64,000 bases of DNA, from the NCBI GenBank assembly GCA_053919585.1, contig CM132801.1; one strand, given 5' to 3'. Source of the DNA: Euprymna scolopes (lineage: Eukaryota). The notes beneath the pieces were generated by a model. It had not been told where the DNA came from. It did no database searches and saw only the letters and a program-made list of their open reading frames with translations. The first letter of the stretch is position 1, and each line of letters opens with the position of its first letter. The position numbers were made by a program, and so were the translations under genes. Positions 40,101 to 52,557 of the stretch are shown piece after piece.

Positions 40101-41382
40101 TAGAAAAATTGATTTAATTTTTTTAAAACAACAATAAACAAGTAAAAATATTTTAAAAAAATATTATGGGATGTGTATTCTCTTTTAAAGACAATATCTT
40201 CTTCAAGAACGGTTATAAAATGTGTTTTAAATCTATGTTTATTCAATAAGGGACCAGTTTTCCTACTTAGCAAAAGGGGGCGAGTTTTCCGAAATTCGAA
40301 AAAAATGGTTGCTATGAAATGTATTTAATCAACAATTATGTTTTGATAAAATTGATATTTTTCTGGATAGTGCAAAAAATATTTTAGAATGAAAATCCAA
40401 TAACATGCAGCAAATATGAGTTTATTAATATTTCTATGGAAATAGTGTCCATTATATTTAAAATAAAGAAGAACCCAAATGAGATAAATTAATAAGTACC
40501 AATAAATGCTCTGAAAGTAATATTGTGCTACATAGTTCAATACTAATAATGAAGTCACATTGTAAGAGACAAACTTTAATTTACTTTGTCCTGCTTCATT
40601 TGAATGCTCCTTTACTATGTAAAATTTCATTCACTTTTTTTTGTGGAGGGAGGAATGGGTTAAAAACCATTCACTTCGAAATTACTACGCGTTCTTTTCT
40701 CACACCATTACAACAATAATCATATATTATTATAATAATATGTGAAAACGATGCTACATCAAACTGTGGCCAGTCATATATTCTTTTCCGAGTTGCCAGA
40801 TGGTTTTTTTTATAAGCGAGAATTAATGAATTTGGCTTCTTTTTTTTTTTTACATTTTAACCTCTAAAAGTTATTTGGCCTTTTCCATTAATTAAGAAAG
40901 GAACAAGCAGAATATTATATAAATAGGATTTTGAAGATTGAATCGTTTAGTCATTAAATCATTGGTTGAATAAAATCGTCATAAAACCATTATTTAAGCC
41001 ATTAAGATTAATGTAATGTTTTAATCTCTATAAAATATATAAATACTTGAAATCTTGTAATATTTGCGAATTTGTCAAGTATTTCAAAAGCCAAAAAACG
41101 ACCTATTTAACTGTTTAAATGCTTACAAGTCTTGTATTCCATCTTTGTCCATATTATTCCATTAGCTTTATTTACTTTGTATTTTAGATCAAGTGACAGC
41201 AATTAATTATATTATTTGTAGTTATTTATTATGCGTTAGCCAGTCGTGATAATAAAAAAGCGTTTTTTTTTTTTTTTTTTTTTTTTTCTCAAAAGAATAT
41301 TTATGCGAAATTAGTTTTTACCGGTACTTCAAAATGTAATCGTAACAATCTATTGTATAATTAATATTTCTGATGAAACTTT

Positions 41383-41417
<35 letters not shown>

Positions 41418-43747
41418 CGATGTTATAAGTGATAAAAACACATAATTCCATACTTTTAATCTACCACTAACCCTAAGTTCGGGTTTTAATAGAAAAATAA
41501 AATCTGGAAAGGATGCGTGTGACGGGTTTGTTAAAGTGAATTTCGCTTAAAATATTTAAAAGTCATATATAACTATGGAATTTAAAAAAAAAAATACTAG
41601 CGGATAATTGTATACAAGTTTTTACTTCAGTCGATGTATGCGCGAGTTTCATCATGCGACAATTACAGATTCATGAAGTCATTTGTGAACGGTGTGACAT
41701 ACGTTATAAGTATGAGATATTATTTAGTTAAGTTAGAATCAAACGGTGAAAAATAAATGTTATATTGAGATATAAACAGTTTGTAGTGAAGAGAGATGCG
41801 ATTCGATCGAACGCCAAACAGTGATTGGTTTGAATAGCGACCATCTTTATTTCATTATTAAAATATTATTGAAATAATCAGCTTTCAGTTAATCATTTAT
41901 TTCACAACTCAGGACAGTGGCGAGACTTGTCACTTAAAATGGCGTAACAAAACTTGACTGCAAATTATAGGACGATATTGTGTTGTTTCCACTTGATCAA
42001 ATATGCTGCATAAATAATTCCAAACAACTGAAATATGGAGAATGATGATTTTAATGTCACACGATCTCAAGTAAAAAATGATTACAGATAATGTAACATG
42101 TAAAGTTCAAGTTCAATAACTCTAAATTAATTTAACTAAGTTATCTCCCTTGTATTAAAATTAAAATTGAGACAGTAAAAGTTTAAAGAAGACTTCCCCT
42201 CGCTTGATCTCTTTTTCCAGAAATTCAAATCATTTTTATTAGAATAAATTATTTTATGACCAGTCGTTGAAAATGTTATTTAATTATTGAAATAAACAGC
42301 AATTTATTTCAGAGCTCTAGTCAGTGGGGAGATTTTGTACTCAAACTGAAGTAACAATAATTGACTGCAAATTATAGAATGATGTTTGCTTGTTGCCACT
42401 TGATCATAACATGCAAAATAATGACAACTAAAATGTGGAGAATGATGATTTTAATGTCACTTGATCTCAAGTAAAAATGATTACATGTGAAGTCCGATCT
42501 CCCTTGTATTAATTATTCAAACTGAGACAGTAGTAGCCTAAAAAAACTTGCTGTCACATGATCTCTCATGAGAAATAAATAAAAAAAGAGTATTTTTTAA
42601 CAATAACTACAGGTGTATGTATCAAAGTTTAAATAAAATTATTTGAAAATGTTAACTTTACAGATTGATACGTTCGTTTGACAGAATTCGGGGAAAAACA
42701 TCAATAGATCAAATAAACACCGCATATATATCCTATTTCATGAAATAGGTTTGTATGTGTATGTATATTTACGTATTGAGGTGTGTGATTGACCTATTGG
42801 ATACCATCGTGGCCTTTGAATCGTCAATATAGACATGCCCTGATCGTTTACTGACTAACACTTGGTAAAAGTATGAACCAGCAATATCGGTCATTTTTTT
42901 ACTAAAGACAACAAAAGGAAAACGTTTTCAAAAAACTAGATTACAAATAAATGTTAACGTGAAATTTATTGGGTGGGTTTCTATCAGTATTTTGTTGAAT
43001 TCACTACTGAGCAATTATACAGACTTCAAAAGATATGACACTCTCGTTTCGGCCATTTTTCTTTTCTAGTTCTCCCGTAACATTGAACACTTTTTTTCCG
43101 AAATTTTTAATCGCTTCAAAATAAATTAAGCCACAATCAAAATAGGTAGAAGAATAACAAGGTTTTACTGTACACATAGATTCGATTAAAAAACAAATAT
43201 ATAACAAATAAATGTTATCAAAGGCAAGAAGTTGATAATTTTCTAGCGTGTTTATTTAATGTAACATGTTTATTCGGCTCGTAAAACATACAGTGGTTAC
43301 CGATGTATTGGAAAATTAAAAATGGCGCTTGACTCTCTTTGACACGGTAAGTTTAGGAAAAAGAGTTGAAAATAAAATAATATACAAAATACTGTTATAA
43401 ACCCACCAAAAATATGCCAGCCTATGTCACGTTAACACATATTGAGCGAGTTTCTAACCGTATTTTGTGTAGTTTTTTTTTTAATTCCTTTTCCCAAACT
43501 TATCGTGTCAAAGAGAGAGAGAGTCGGGCGCCATTTGCAATTTTCTAATACATCGGTAAACACTATGTTTCTCGAGCTGAATAAACATGTTACATTAAAT
43601 AAAAACATTAGAAAACTATCCACTTAGGTAGAAAAGTAACTTATCTCGCCTTTGATAACATTTATTTATGTATTTGTTTTTTGACAACTTTTTCGAATCT
43701 ATGTGTACAGTAATACAAGCTCTAATAACTTATCTTGCCTTTGATAA

Positions 43748-46321
43748 CACTGGTCAACACAATATTGTTGGCAGGCAAAGTAAGACTGGTTTCTGGGGTT
43801 TTCAAGGGCGCTGAATCCGAATCTGACATTAGTTTTTTCAAATTGGCTCTAGTTTTTGAGATATCACAGGGGGTCGTTTGTCTGAAATCACCCATTCGCG
43901 ACCATAGCTAAACGTACAAAAAACGGCTAAATAGTGCATAAATGTCAGATATTGATTTTTATGATAATCTTAAACCACAAAGACAGTGTAAAATCTCAAT
44001 CTAACAAGTTAAGTTAGATATAACATCATTTCATTTATCCTATAACTGAACACTTTTCATAGATTTCGAGGATATACAAAAAATTTGCTAAAAATTTGCT
44101 GAATTTTAATTCTCCAAGTGAAAAAAAACATTTACATAATCAGTTATATATCATAAATTAATGCAAATCATTATACACTAGATTCTTAGTTACAATGAAC
44201 ACACAAAACAATATTTTATTCACAAAACTAAAATTGACGTTTGTACGATTTTCGCTAGTGAGCAACTTTTGGGCAGTCTCTCAAAAGGTTCCAGCAGTAG
44301 TCTGCCATCATGTGCTCATCCCATTTGCCTTGATACCTCTCTTCCATTGTTTTGATGTCTTGATGGAATCTCTCTCCCTGCTCCTCACTGTAATCACCAA
44401 GATTACCAGGAAATCTGTCGAGGTGGCTAAACAAGAAATGAACTTTAATGCTCATATTTGCCCCTAGTTTTCCGTATTCAGTAAGCATCTTACGGACCAA
44501 TTGCTTGTAATTGTCAGCTTTGTGATTTCCCAAAAAGTCTGTCACTACATCTGTGAAGGACACCCAAGCATTTAACTCAACCGTGTTCATATGATTAGTG
44601 AAGTCAGAATCCCTCATGAGCGTTCGAATCTGAGGTCCATCGAAGATGCCACCTTTAGCTTTTTCGATGGAAAGACCTGGAAATTGCCTGCATATGTACT
44701 TGAAGCAATCCCCATACTTGTTCAGCGCCTTAACAAACTGCTTCATGAGCCCTAGTTTTATGTGCAATGGAGGGAAGATGATTCTAGCCCTGGGTACCAA
44801 AGGCTCATTGATGACGTTGGCTGTGCCGACTTCGAGACTTTCTCGTTCTGGCCAGTTCTCCCTTCTCCAGTGCTGGATTCTTGCTTTGCTATCCCACAAA
44901 CAAAGAAAGCAGGGATACTTTGTGTACCCACTTTGCTGACCAAGCAGAAAATTCACCATTTTCAAGTCCACACCAATCAGCCATTTATGAGTGTTGTAAT
45001 TCAGCTTTTCAAGAACAAATTTGATAGCATCATACTCTTCTTTCATCTTGGTAGAATGGCCAATTGGTACAGGAGCAAACTTATTGCCATTGTGCAAAAG
45101 TAAAATTTTTAGACTTGCTTTCGAGCTATCTATGAAGAGACGCCAATCTGCTGGGTCATATGATGAGATCCCCATGCAGTTAAGAAGTGCAGAAACGTCA
45201 TTACAAAAGACCAGGTCGTCTTCTTTAGAAAAGAAACGAAGCAAGCTGCCTTCCCTTGTCCTATAGTATGTTACTTTTGTGCCAGAATCAAGAATGTTTT
45301 TCTCTTGGAGTCGTGATGCAAGAACTTCAGACTGCTCCTTCGACAAACAAAGGTCTCGCACTAGGTCATTAAGTTCAGATTGATTGAAAAGCTGAGGGCC
45401 ATTTGAGGGTTCTCCATAGTCACTACAGCTATCATCACTTGATATTGAAAGATCAGCTGGAATCTCTTCGGTTTCATCGATTTCAGGCAAACTGGTGAAA
45501 ACAGGCACAGGTAGATCCTCAGAGTGCGCAACAGGACGGATAGCAGAATCCAGGCTCGGATACTGCCAATTTGCTTTCTTGTGCTTGTTAAACCCCGTCA
45601 TGTCATTGAGACAGAAGTAGCAGTCATCAAAATGATTGTTGGGCTCTCTCCACACCATTGGTACAGCAAACTTCAACTTCAGCTTACCGTTGGTCCAACC
45701 GCGGAGACTTTCTACACAGGTTTTGCACACCATATGTGGGGCCCAAGACTTGTCTTGGTCACCAAGTATCATATCGAAGTATGCTTTGTACGCCCTCTTG
45801 ACAAAGTCTGTAATATTCCTCTTTTGTTGTGCCATATATATATACTGTCCACAGATGTAACAAAAGACATCCGGTTCATATCTGCAACATCTTCTAGAAC
45901 TCATTTTCTCTCTGGAACTCATTTTCAACTGTGGAATTAAAAAGAAAATTCTTAAATACTGTTTAATTTATACTGCAACTATATTTATGGAACATGTTAT
46001 TAAGTAATTACAGTATATAATTATATAAAAATTCTCCCTATATAAATAATTATATAAAAATTCTCCCTGAAATACTTCAATATATACATAATCATTATAA
46101 TGATTCAATAATATCAGAAAATTATTATTTACTGCTTCTATATTGAAGTATTTCAGGGAGAATTTTAGCAGTTTAGGCTTATTTGGGGCTATCAGTATCT
46201 TCTAAACTAGAGCCAATCTGGCAAAACCAATGTTATATTCGTAATCAGCGACCTTCAAAACCCCAGAAAACACTCCTAGATGGTCTGCCAAAGAAAAAAA
46301 ATAAAAATTTGTTGACCAGTG
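43748..46321 (-). mobile_element. Chapaev3-like (CMC superfamily) DNA transposon, 2574 bp (U3)
   Basis: CAC..GTG termini; perfect 12-bp outer TIR CACTGGTCAACA within imperfect TIRs 43748-43855 and 46204-46321; 3-bp TAA TSD confirmed against the empty site in U1 (~11932) and U2. CAC ends with a TWA TSD are characteristic of Chapaev3. Confidence 0.85.
44255..45922 (-). CDS. Chapaev3-type DDE transposase (~555 aa from ATG 45922)
   Basis: N-terminal Cys/His zinc region (FCYICG..WAPHMVCKTC..WREP..HFDDCYFC); likely catalytic residues in LFIDSS, VDLK and EQGERFHQ; CFLCLW, PPLHIKLG and KVHFLFSH motifs shared with Transib/RAG1-related cores. Confidence 0.85.
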   Translation of the reverse strand: MSSREKMSSRRCCRYEPDVFCYICGQYIYMAQQKRNITDFVKRAYKAYFDMILGDQDKSWAPHMVCKTCVESLRGWTNGKLKLKFAVPMVWREPNNHFDDCYFCLNDMTGFNKHKKANWQYPSLDSAIRPVAHSEDLPVPVFTSLPEIDETEEIPADLSISSDDSCSDYGEPSNGPQLFNQSELNDLVRDLCLSKEQSEVLASRLQEKNILDSGTKVTYYRTREGSLLRFFSKEDDLVFCNDVSALLNCMGISSYDPADWRLFIDSSKASLKILLLHNGNKFAPVPIGHSTKMKEEYDAIKFVLEKLNYNTHKWLIGVDLKMVNFLLGQQSGYTKYPCFLCLWDSKARIQHWRRENWPERESLEVGTANVINEPLVPRARIIFPPLHIKLGLMKQFVKALNKYGDCFKYICRQFPGLSIEKAKGGIFDGPQIRTLMRDSDFTNHMNTVELNAWVSFTDVVTDFLGNHKADNYKQLVRKMLTEYGKLGANMSIKVHFLFSHLDRFPGNLGDYSEEQGERFHQDIKTMEERYQGKWDEHMMADYCWNLLRDCPKVAH

Positions 46322-46564
46322 TAATATTTATTTGATTTATCATTGTTTTTTTTTTTTTTTTGTTTTTTTTTACCACGTTTCCGTTTTGTTATTTCTAGTG
46401 AAAAAAAAAATAAAAATTGATTCCCGCTTCAAATATTTATAATATTGCTTAAAAACAGTGTGGTATTTATTTACGTAGTTTGTCTCAAAGAAAACTAAAT
46501 TATTTGCAACGCTGTTATTTGTTCACGAACTTTTTTGCGATTAAACCACTTTAATCAATTGGTT

Positions 46565-47534
46565 GGTACTGGTCGCGATTTGAGTTCCCTGCCGAACACC
46601 ATAAAAAACACTAACTTCTCCCTACGCATTAGCAAAGGACATGTTTTAGTTGCCATAGTAACTAAACGATCATGAATTTTTATCGACTTTTTATAAGTTT
46701 TACTGTTTATGAATATTGAAATAAAAGAAATTACTACACATTTATTAATAATATCTCACTTTTATCGCCTTTTTTTTTAATCACTTTTATCGACTTTTTT
46801 TTTTTACTGTTTTACTGTTTATGTGTCACTTTTATCGACTTTTTCTTTTCTTTTTTAAATAGCATTTTCTTTTTAAATGACGACGTTTTTACTGTTTATG
46901 AATATTGAAAGAAAAATAATTACTAAACATTTATTAATAAAAAAATGGGTGCTAGTGCACTTATGATCCGCGCTGTATTTTAAATCGTATTTCTAAGTTT
47001 AATTAATGTTTTTTTTTATTCAATTGTAAGGTTAAAGTAGAGAATAGGTACAAAACACCCTCCCCATGTTAAGAATGGCTTTTTAAATAATAAAAAAACA
47101 TTAAACCTTAATTAAACTTAGAAAAACGATTTAAAATATAGCGCGGATCATAAGTGCACTAGCACCCATTTTTTTTTTTTAGTAGTAATTATTTTTCTTT
47201 TAATATTCATAAACAGTAAAAACGTCGTCATTTAAAAAGAAAATGCTATTTAAAAAAGAAAAGAAAAAGTCGATAAAAGTGACACATAACAGTAAAAAAA
47301 AAAAGTCGATAAAAGTGATTAAAAACAAAGGCGATAAAAGTGAGATATTATTAATAAATGTGTAGTAATTTCTTTTATTTCAATATTCATAAACAGTAAA
47401 ACTTATAAAAAGTCGATAAAAATTCATGATCGTTTATTTACTATGGCAACTAACACATGTCCTTTGCTAATGCGTAGGGAGAAGTCAGTGTTTTTTATGG
47501 TGTCCGGCAGGGAACTCAAATCGCGACCAGTACC
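46565..47534. mobile_element. Foldback element B (U3), longer 970-bp form
   Basis: Same termini and TSD; extra CACTTTTATCG subrepeats in both arms. Confidence 0.88.
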
Positions 47535-47953
47535 AATTGGTTTATCGTTCAACTTCTGGGACTATTTTAAGTTAAAAAGAAATCGAAATGAGTATTTATA
47601 ATTATATTATAAATATGATGTTGATTAAAAGTCTGTAGTTTCACGTTTGCCACTGGGAGCAGTTAATGCAAGTAGGTTATGGAGAAACACAACAAAAAAT
47701 CTCTTTAGACAGAATAAGCGAAATCAAAAGAAGATGGCGACTGACTTTAACCGCGTCGTATGACAAGACATTTCAATTTACTTCAAACGAAATTCAAATG
47801 ATGGGGCTAAATTTTATATTAAATCTACTGAAGGTGCGTAAAATAATAAATGCAAAAAAAAAAATAATAATACTTCATAAATAATCGCAGAAGTCAGAAA
47901 TAAAAAATCGCATTAAGTAAGATTGACGAAAAACATTTCGGGAAAATGTTGGT

Positions 47954-47969
47954 GGCCCTGAAAAGGGCC
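47954..47969 (-). promoter_or_regulatory. Histone 3' stem-loop (H2A, U3)
   Basis: Same 16-nt hairpin. Confidence 0.96.
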
Positions 47970-47999
47970 GTTTGTGTTGTGTCAAGGAAATAAGAGAAT

Positions 48000-48377
48000 T
48001 TACTTGGCAGCTTTCTGGGTCTTCTTGGGAAGAAGTACAGCTTGGATGTTGGGAAGGACACCGCCCTGGGCAATGGTCACTCCGGCCAAGAATTTGTTTA
48101 ATTCTTCGTCATTACGGATGGCCAATTGCAAGTGACGGGGAATGATTCTGGATTTCTTGTTGTCTCTCGCAGCATTTCCAGCCAACTCGAGAACCTCAGC
48201 GGCCAAATATTCCATGACGGCAGCCAAATAGACGGGTGCACCTGCACCAATTCTCTCCGAATAGTTACCCTTGCGGAGGAGACGATGGATACGACCAACG
48301 GGGAATTGAAGTCCGGCACGGGATGAACGAGTCTTGCTCTTTCCCTTGGCTTTACCTCCTTTACCACGACCAGACAT
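48000..48377 (-). CDS. H2A: Histone H2A
   Basis: Identical protein. Confidence 0.99.
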   Translation of the reverse strand: MSGRGKGGKAKGKSKTRSSRAGLQFPVGRIHRLLRKGNYSERIGAGAPVYLAAVMEYLAAEVLELAGNAARDNKKSRIIPRHLQLAIRNDEELNKFLAGVTIAQGGVLPNIQAVLLPKKTQKAAK

Positions 48378-48678
48378 CTTTAGGTTTTGCTGTTCTTTCA
48401 AAAAAGCTCAAACGACTTTAATTTACAAAACGCACGCAACTTGCCTTAAATACGCGTAGATCGGCTCCGGCCAACTGCTGATTATTTTACCGCTCACACA
48501 ACGGCGTTCTTTTGTCTGTTTTAAGTGCTTTCACAAGTTGTGTAGTTTTGTTGCTAGTTTCTGACCAATCAAATACGAGAGATTTGAGAGAGAAAATTTT
48601 GATTGTTGCTGGGAGCCGGCGTGTTTCGTATAAAAAGGAAAGGGAAGACGTTGCCTTTATCATTTCTAATTTGTCGAA

Positions 48679-49050
48679 ATGGCTCCCCCCACTGAAGTTA
48701 GCAAGAAAGGCGCTAAGAAAGCCGGTAAGGCTAAACCTGCCCGTGATGGCAAGAAAAAGAGAAAGAAGAGGAAGGAAAGTTATTCCATCTACATTTACAA
48801 AGTAATGAAACAAGTTCATCCTGACACTGGAATTTCTAGCAAAGCCATGTCTATTATGAACAGTTTTGTTAACGATCTTTTTGAGAGAATCGCTAATGAA
48901 GCCAGCCGTCTGTCCCATTACAGCAAGAAAAGAACACTTAGCAGCCGTGAGGTCCAGACCGCTGTCCGTCTCCTTCTCCCTGGTGAGTTGGCTAAACATG
49001 CTGTCTCTGAGGGAACCAAAGCTGTCACCAAGTACACCAGCGCCAAGTAA
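48679..49050 (+). CDS. H2B: Histone H2B
   Basis: Identical protein. Confidence 0.99.
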   Translation: MAPPTEVSKKGAKKAGKAKPARDGKKKRKKRKESYSIYIYKVMKQVHPDTGISSKAMSIMNSFVNDLFERIANEASRLSHYSKKRTLSSREVQTAVRLLLPGELAKHAVSEGTKAVTKYTSAK

Positions 49051-49086
49051 AAAGCGTTTTCTTCCAAAGAAAAAAATTCCCAAAAC

Positions 49087-49102
49087 GGCCCTTTTCAGGG
49101 CC
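49087..49102 (+). promoter_or_regulatory. Histone 3' stem-loop (H2B, U3)
   Basis: Same 16-nt hairpin. Confidence 0.96.
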
Positions 49103-51132
49103 AAACATTTTTTCACGAATGTTTCTTCACTTTCTATATTTTAATGCGATTATTCACTGTTTAGATTTCATAGATATCCCCATCTCTTTCTATGGCGTAA
49201 ATATTACTTATTTCTATATAATGTATATTTGTAGAAGATTAGGGAAAGACAGTCTTAAATTATATTTGTAATTTTTATTTGTGAACTTGTAAATTTGTTT
49301 AAGTCAATCTTAATACAAATTTTTGCATTTCTTTCAATGTTTTTATTTAAATTTATATTTTTTTCCAGCTTTCTTATTCCTTATCCGTACAATCACATTA
49401 TGATATGCATCTAAATATTACCTGAAATATTTTTGTTTTGTTTTTTAACGTGCATTCATTTAACGTCTGAAATTTTAAAAAATAAAGCTCTTAAATAATT
49501 TAAATAATAAAAAAAAAAGCTATTACGTAATCAATACCAAGCAAGTAACCAACTTTAAAAGTTTTTAAAAGATAAATTATACAAATTCTAAATGAATTGT
49601 TTTTTCCGGTTTGTATTACTGTACACATAGATTCGAAAAAGTTGTCAGAAAACAAATATATAACAAATAAATGTTATCAAAGGAAGATAAGTTACTTTTC
49701 TGCCAAACTGTTTTTATTCAATGAAAACATATTTATTCAGCTCGAAAAACATACAGTCTTTACCGATGTATTCGAAAATTCAAGATGGCGTCTCGCACCC
49801 TCTTTAACACCGTAAGTATGGAAAAAGGTGTTATAAATAAAAAAAACTATGCAAAAATACTATTAAAAACCCACCGAACCTATGTCACGGTAACATATAT
49901 TGAGCGAGTTTTTAACAGTATTTTATCCGGTTTTTTATTTATAACATCTTTTTCCACACTTACCGTGTTAAAGAGAGAATAAGACGCCATCTTGAATGTT
50001 CCAATACATTGGTAAACACTGTATGGTTTTCGAGCTGAATAAACATGTTACATTGAATAAAAACACGAAAAATATATCCAGTTTGGTAGAAAAGTAACTT
50101 ATCTTGCCTTTGATAACATTTATTTGTTATATATTTGTTTTTTGACAACTTTTTCGAATCTATGTGTACAGTAATACAAATCCATTTTTTCTAATGTGCG
50201 AATGTATTTTGATTGTCTTACCGAAGTTCAAATCTTAATTTCGGAGTTCAATTCTTGCATATCAAATATAATCGAAACAGACTTTAAAAAATTACACCCC
50301 TTGTAAAATCGACAGAAAAACTTAGTTTTTGTCCAAATAAATCGATTACAATTTTTAACTCATCGTCGAAATTTCAAACATTCGCTGCAAGTTTTTCTTG
50401 TGTTCACCTGAATCTAGACAGTTTTTCGAACCGCATAAACGTTTTAAAGTGAGTAAAGCCACAAAAACTTTATCAGATAGGTAGAAGAGTAACTTGTCTT
50501 TAATAACATTTATTTGTTATTTGAAAATTTTTCGTACCACGTGTATTGTAAAACAAATCCCCATTCTTTTATTTCTTATTTTGAAGTTTTTGTCGAGTCT
50601 TCAAAGAAATCGCGGCCATTTTTTCTTGTTCATCGGTAGCGTTCAATGTAGCTTGCTTTTCGAACAGAATAAACATTTTACAAAAACAATATTGAAATCT
50701 TATCCAGTTATAGAGAAAACGAACTTATCTTACATTTTCTAACATTTATTTGTTATATTTGTTTTCTGGCAACTTTTTTGTATCTGTGGATCGTAAAACA
50801 AATCCAAATGGGGTTACAATACTTGACTTTAAAAAAAAAAATTTTTTTGATAGTTTGTTGCGAACGTCATGTTGCCTATACTTCTGCATCATCCTATGTA
50901 ATATTATATTACTAATATATACTTCATATATATATACATACGTACATGTGCTGTGTCATGCACACACAGGGGTCACAGAAAAATCATTTTATTTTTATTT
51001 CAATAGAATTTATTCATTTTACATTTTTTTTTTTTTTTTACCTTATTAATTTTGTTCGGGTTTATTTTCTATGAAATTTAAATGTATGCTGCGTATTTGT
51101 TTATTAGAATTTCATTTTTTCGATTTGAGAGA

Positions 51133-51134
<2 letters not shown>

Positions 51135-51170
<36 letters not shown>
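51135..51170. repeat. (AT)18 microsatellite
   Basis: Direct reading; paralog of 32581-32658. Confidence 0.95.
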
Positions 51171-51176
<6 letters not shown>

Positions 51177-51700
51177 TCCGTTTTCGAGAATCAGGAAAAT
51201 CATTTCAAGGCACAATTTCCCGTCATTTTTGTAGCAAAATGTAAGGATATGTAGTAATTCTTTTTTTGACTTTGCTTGCAAATATTTCGACACGAGTTTT
51301 TCATGGTTTGTTTTTAAAATTTGAAGTTTACTACATATTTATTTAGTAGAAAGAAACGATATGTTAGAACGTAATGTCGCCGTAATTAAACTCTCCAAAA
51401 TTACGAAAAATAATCGGTTAAAAAATAATTATCGATGAAAACAATTATTGAAAGAAAATTTACCTAATTGAGTTTTTAGTTATCTCCCGTCGATAAACCG
51501 GTTTAATTACAAAACAATGACTTCACTAATTATAATACTTACTATATTAAACAAAGGGACATAACTCTTGGGTCGTGTATAATAAACCGTCAAATTTTCT
51601 TTTAACGATCTTTAAAAATTGTCGGGTGCTTATTTATATTGAGATATATGCAAAATATTACAGTTCAAAATAGGAAAACGGTATACGAGGAAAACTTATC

Positions 51701-52557
51701 GGCAGGATTGCAGTTTACAGGGAAATCAAGGGACGCAACTCCTGCCAAACTAAAAAGGACGCAAACAGAATCACCGGGGGGCACCTGTTTCAATTTTTAA
51801 ATTACGAATTTTAACCGAACCTACTACACGTGGAATAATATAACAAGTTTTAAGATTTCTTTTGAATAGTTCATTTCTTTCTAATTCCTTTGTTTTTTAT
51901 TCGTTTTACTTCTAAATTATTTTCTTCTTTACCTTACCAAGGACTTGATCGACTCGCTCAAGGAATTTATGAGCACGACACTGTCGTCCACGAAAACAAC
52001 TTCGTTGATCCGTTGGACCCTTCAGTGCACACACAGACTATTGAAGGACTATGGTCACACGCCAAAAAACATATACGAAAGTTTGGGAATCGACAAAATA
52101 TGTTCGGCTTGCATCTGATGGAATTTTTATGGCGAAAAAGAGAGAAGGGTGAATGTTTTCCATGAATCATCAGATGCATCCGCGAACAGTATTCGTTTTA
52201 AAAATTAACTGTTTAATAAAGTTCTATGTTCTTAAAATAATTCTATGTTCTTCAAATAATTCTTTCTTAAAATAATTCATAACTGTTTTTCGTTTTAAAA
52301 ATTAACTGTTTAATAAAATTCTATGTTCTTCAAATAATTCTATGTTATTAAAATAATTCTTTCTTAAAATAATTTATAACTGTTTTATAAAGTTCTATGT
52401 TCTTCCTTTGTTAAAAAAATAACTTATTCAAACAGTTCATTTAAATTAACAAGAAAAAGAAAAATTAAAACAGGTGCCCCCCGGTGATTCTGTTTGCGTC
52501 CTTTTTAGTTTGGCAGGAGTTGCGTCCCTTGATTTCCCTGTAAACTGCAATCCTGCC
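51701..52557 (+). mobile_element. Internally deleted (non-autonomous) Merlin copy (U4), 857 bp
   Basis: TIRs and AACTTATC TSD retained (one G>A in the right TIR at 52467); net 737 bp shorter than U1. Confidence 0.93.
51933..52165 (+). pseudogene. 3' remnant of the Merlin transposase
   Basis: YQGLDRLAQG...GECFP only; the start codon, Zn ribbon and first two catalytic Asp are lost. Confidence 0.92.

Noticed and set aside
44195-45940. Several 60-140 aa ORFs overlapping the Chapaev3 (and Merlin) transposases; considered as a RAG2-like or accessory gene
   Set aside because: They lie within the transposase CDS in other frames and show no recognisable motifs; there is no room for a separate second gene.
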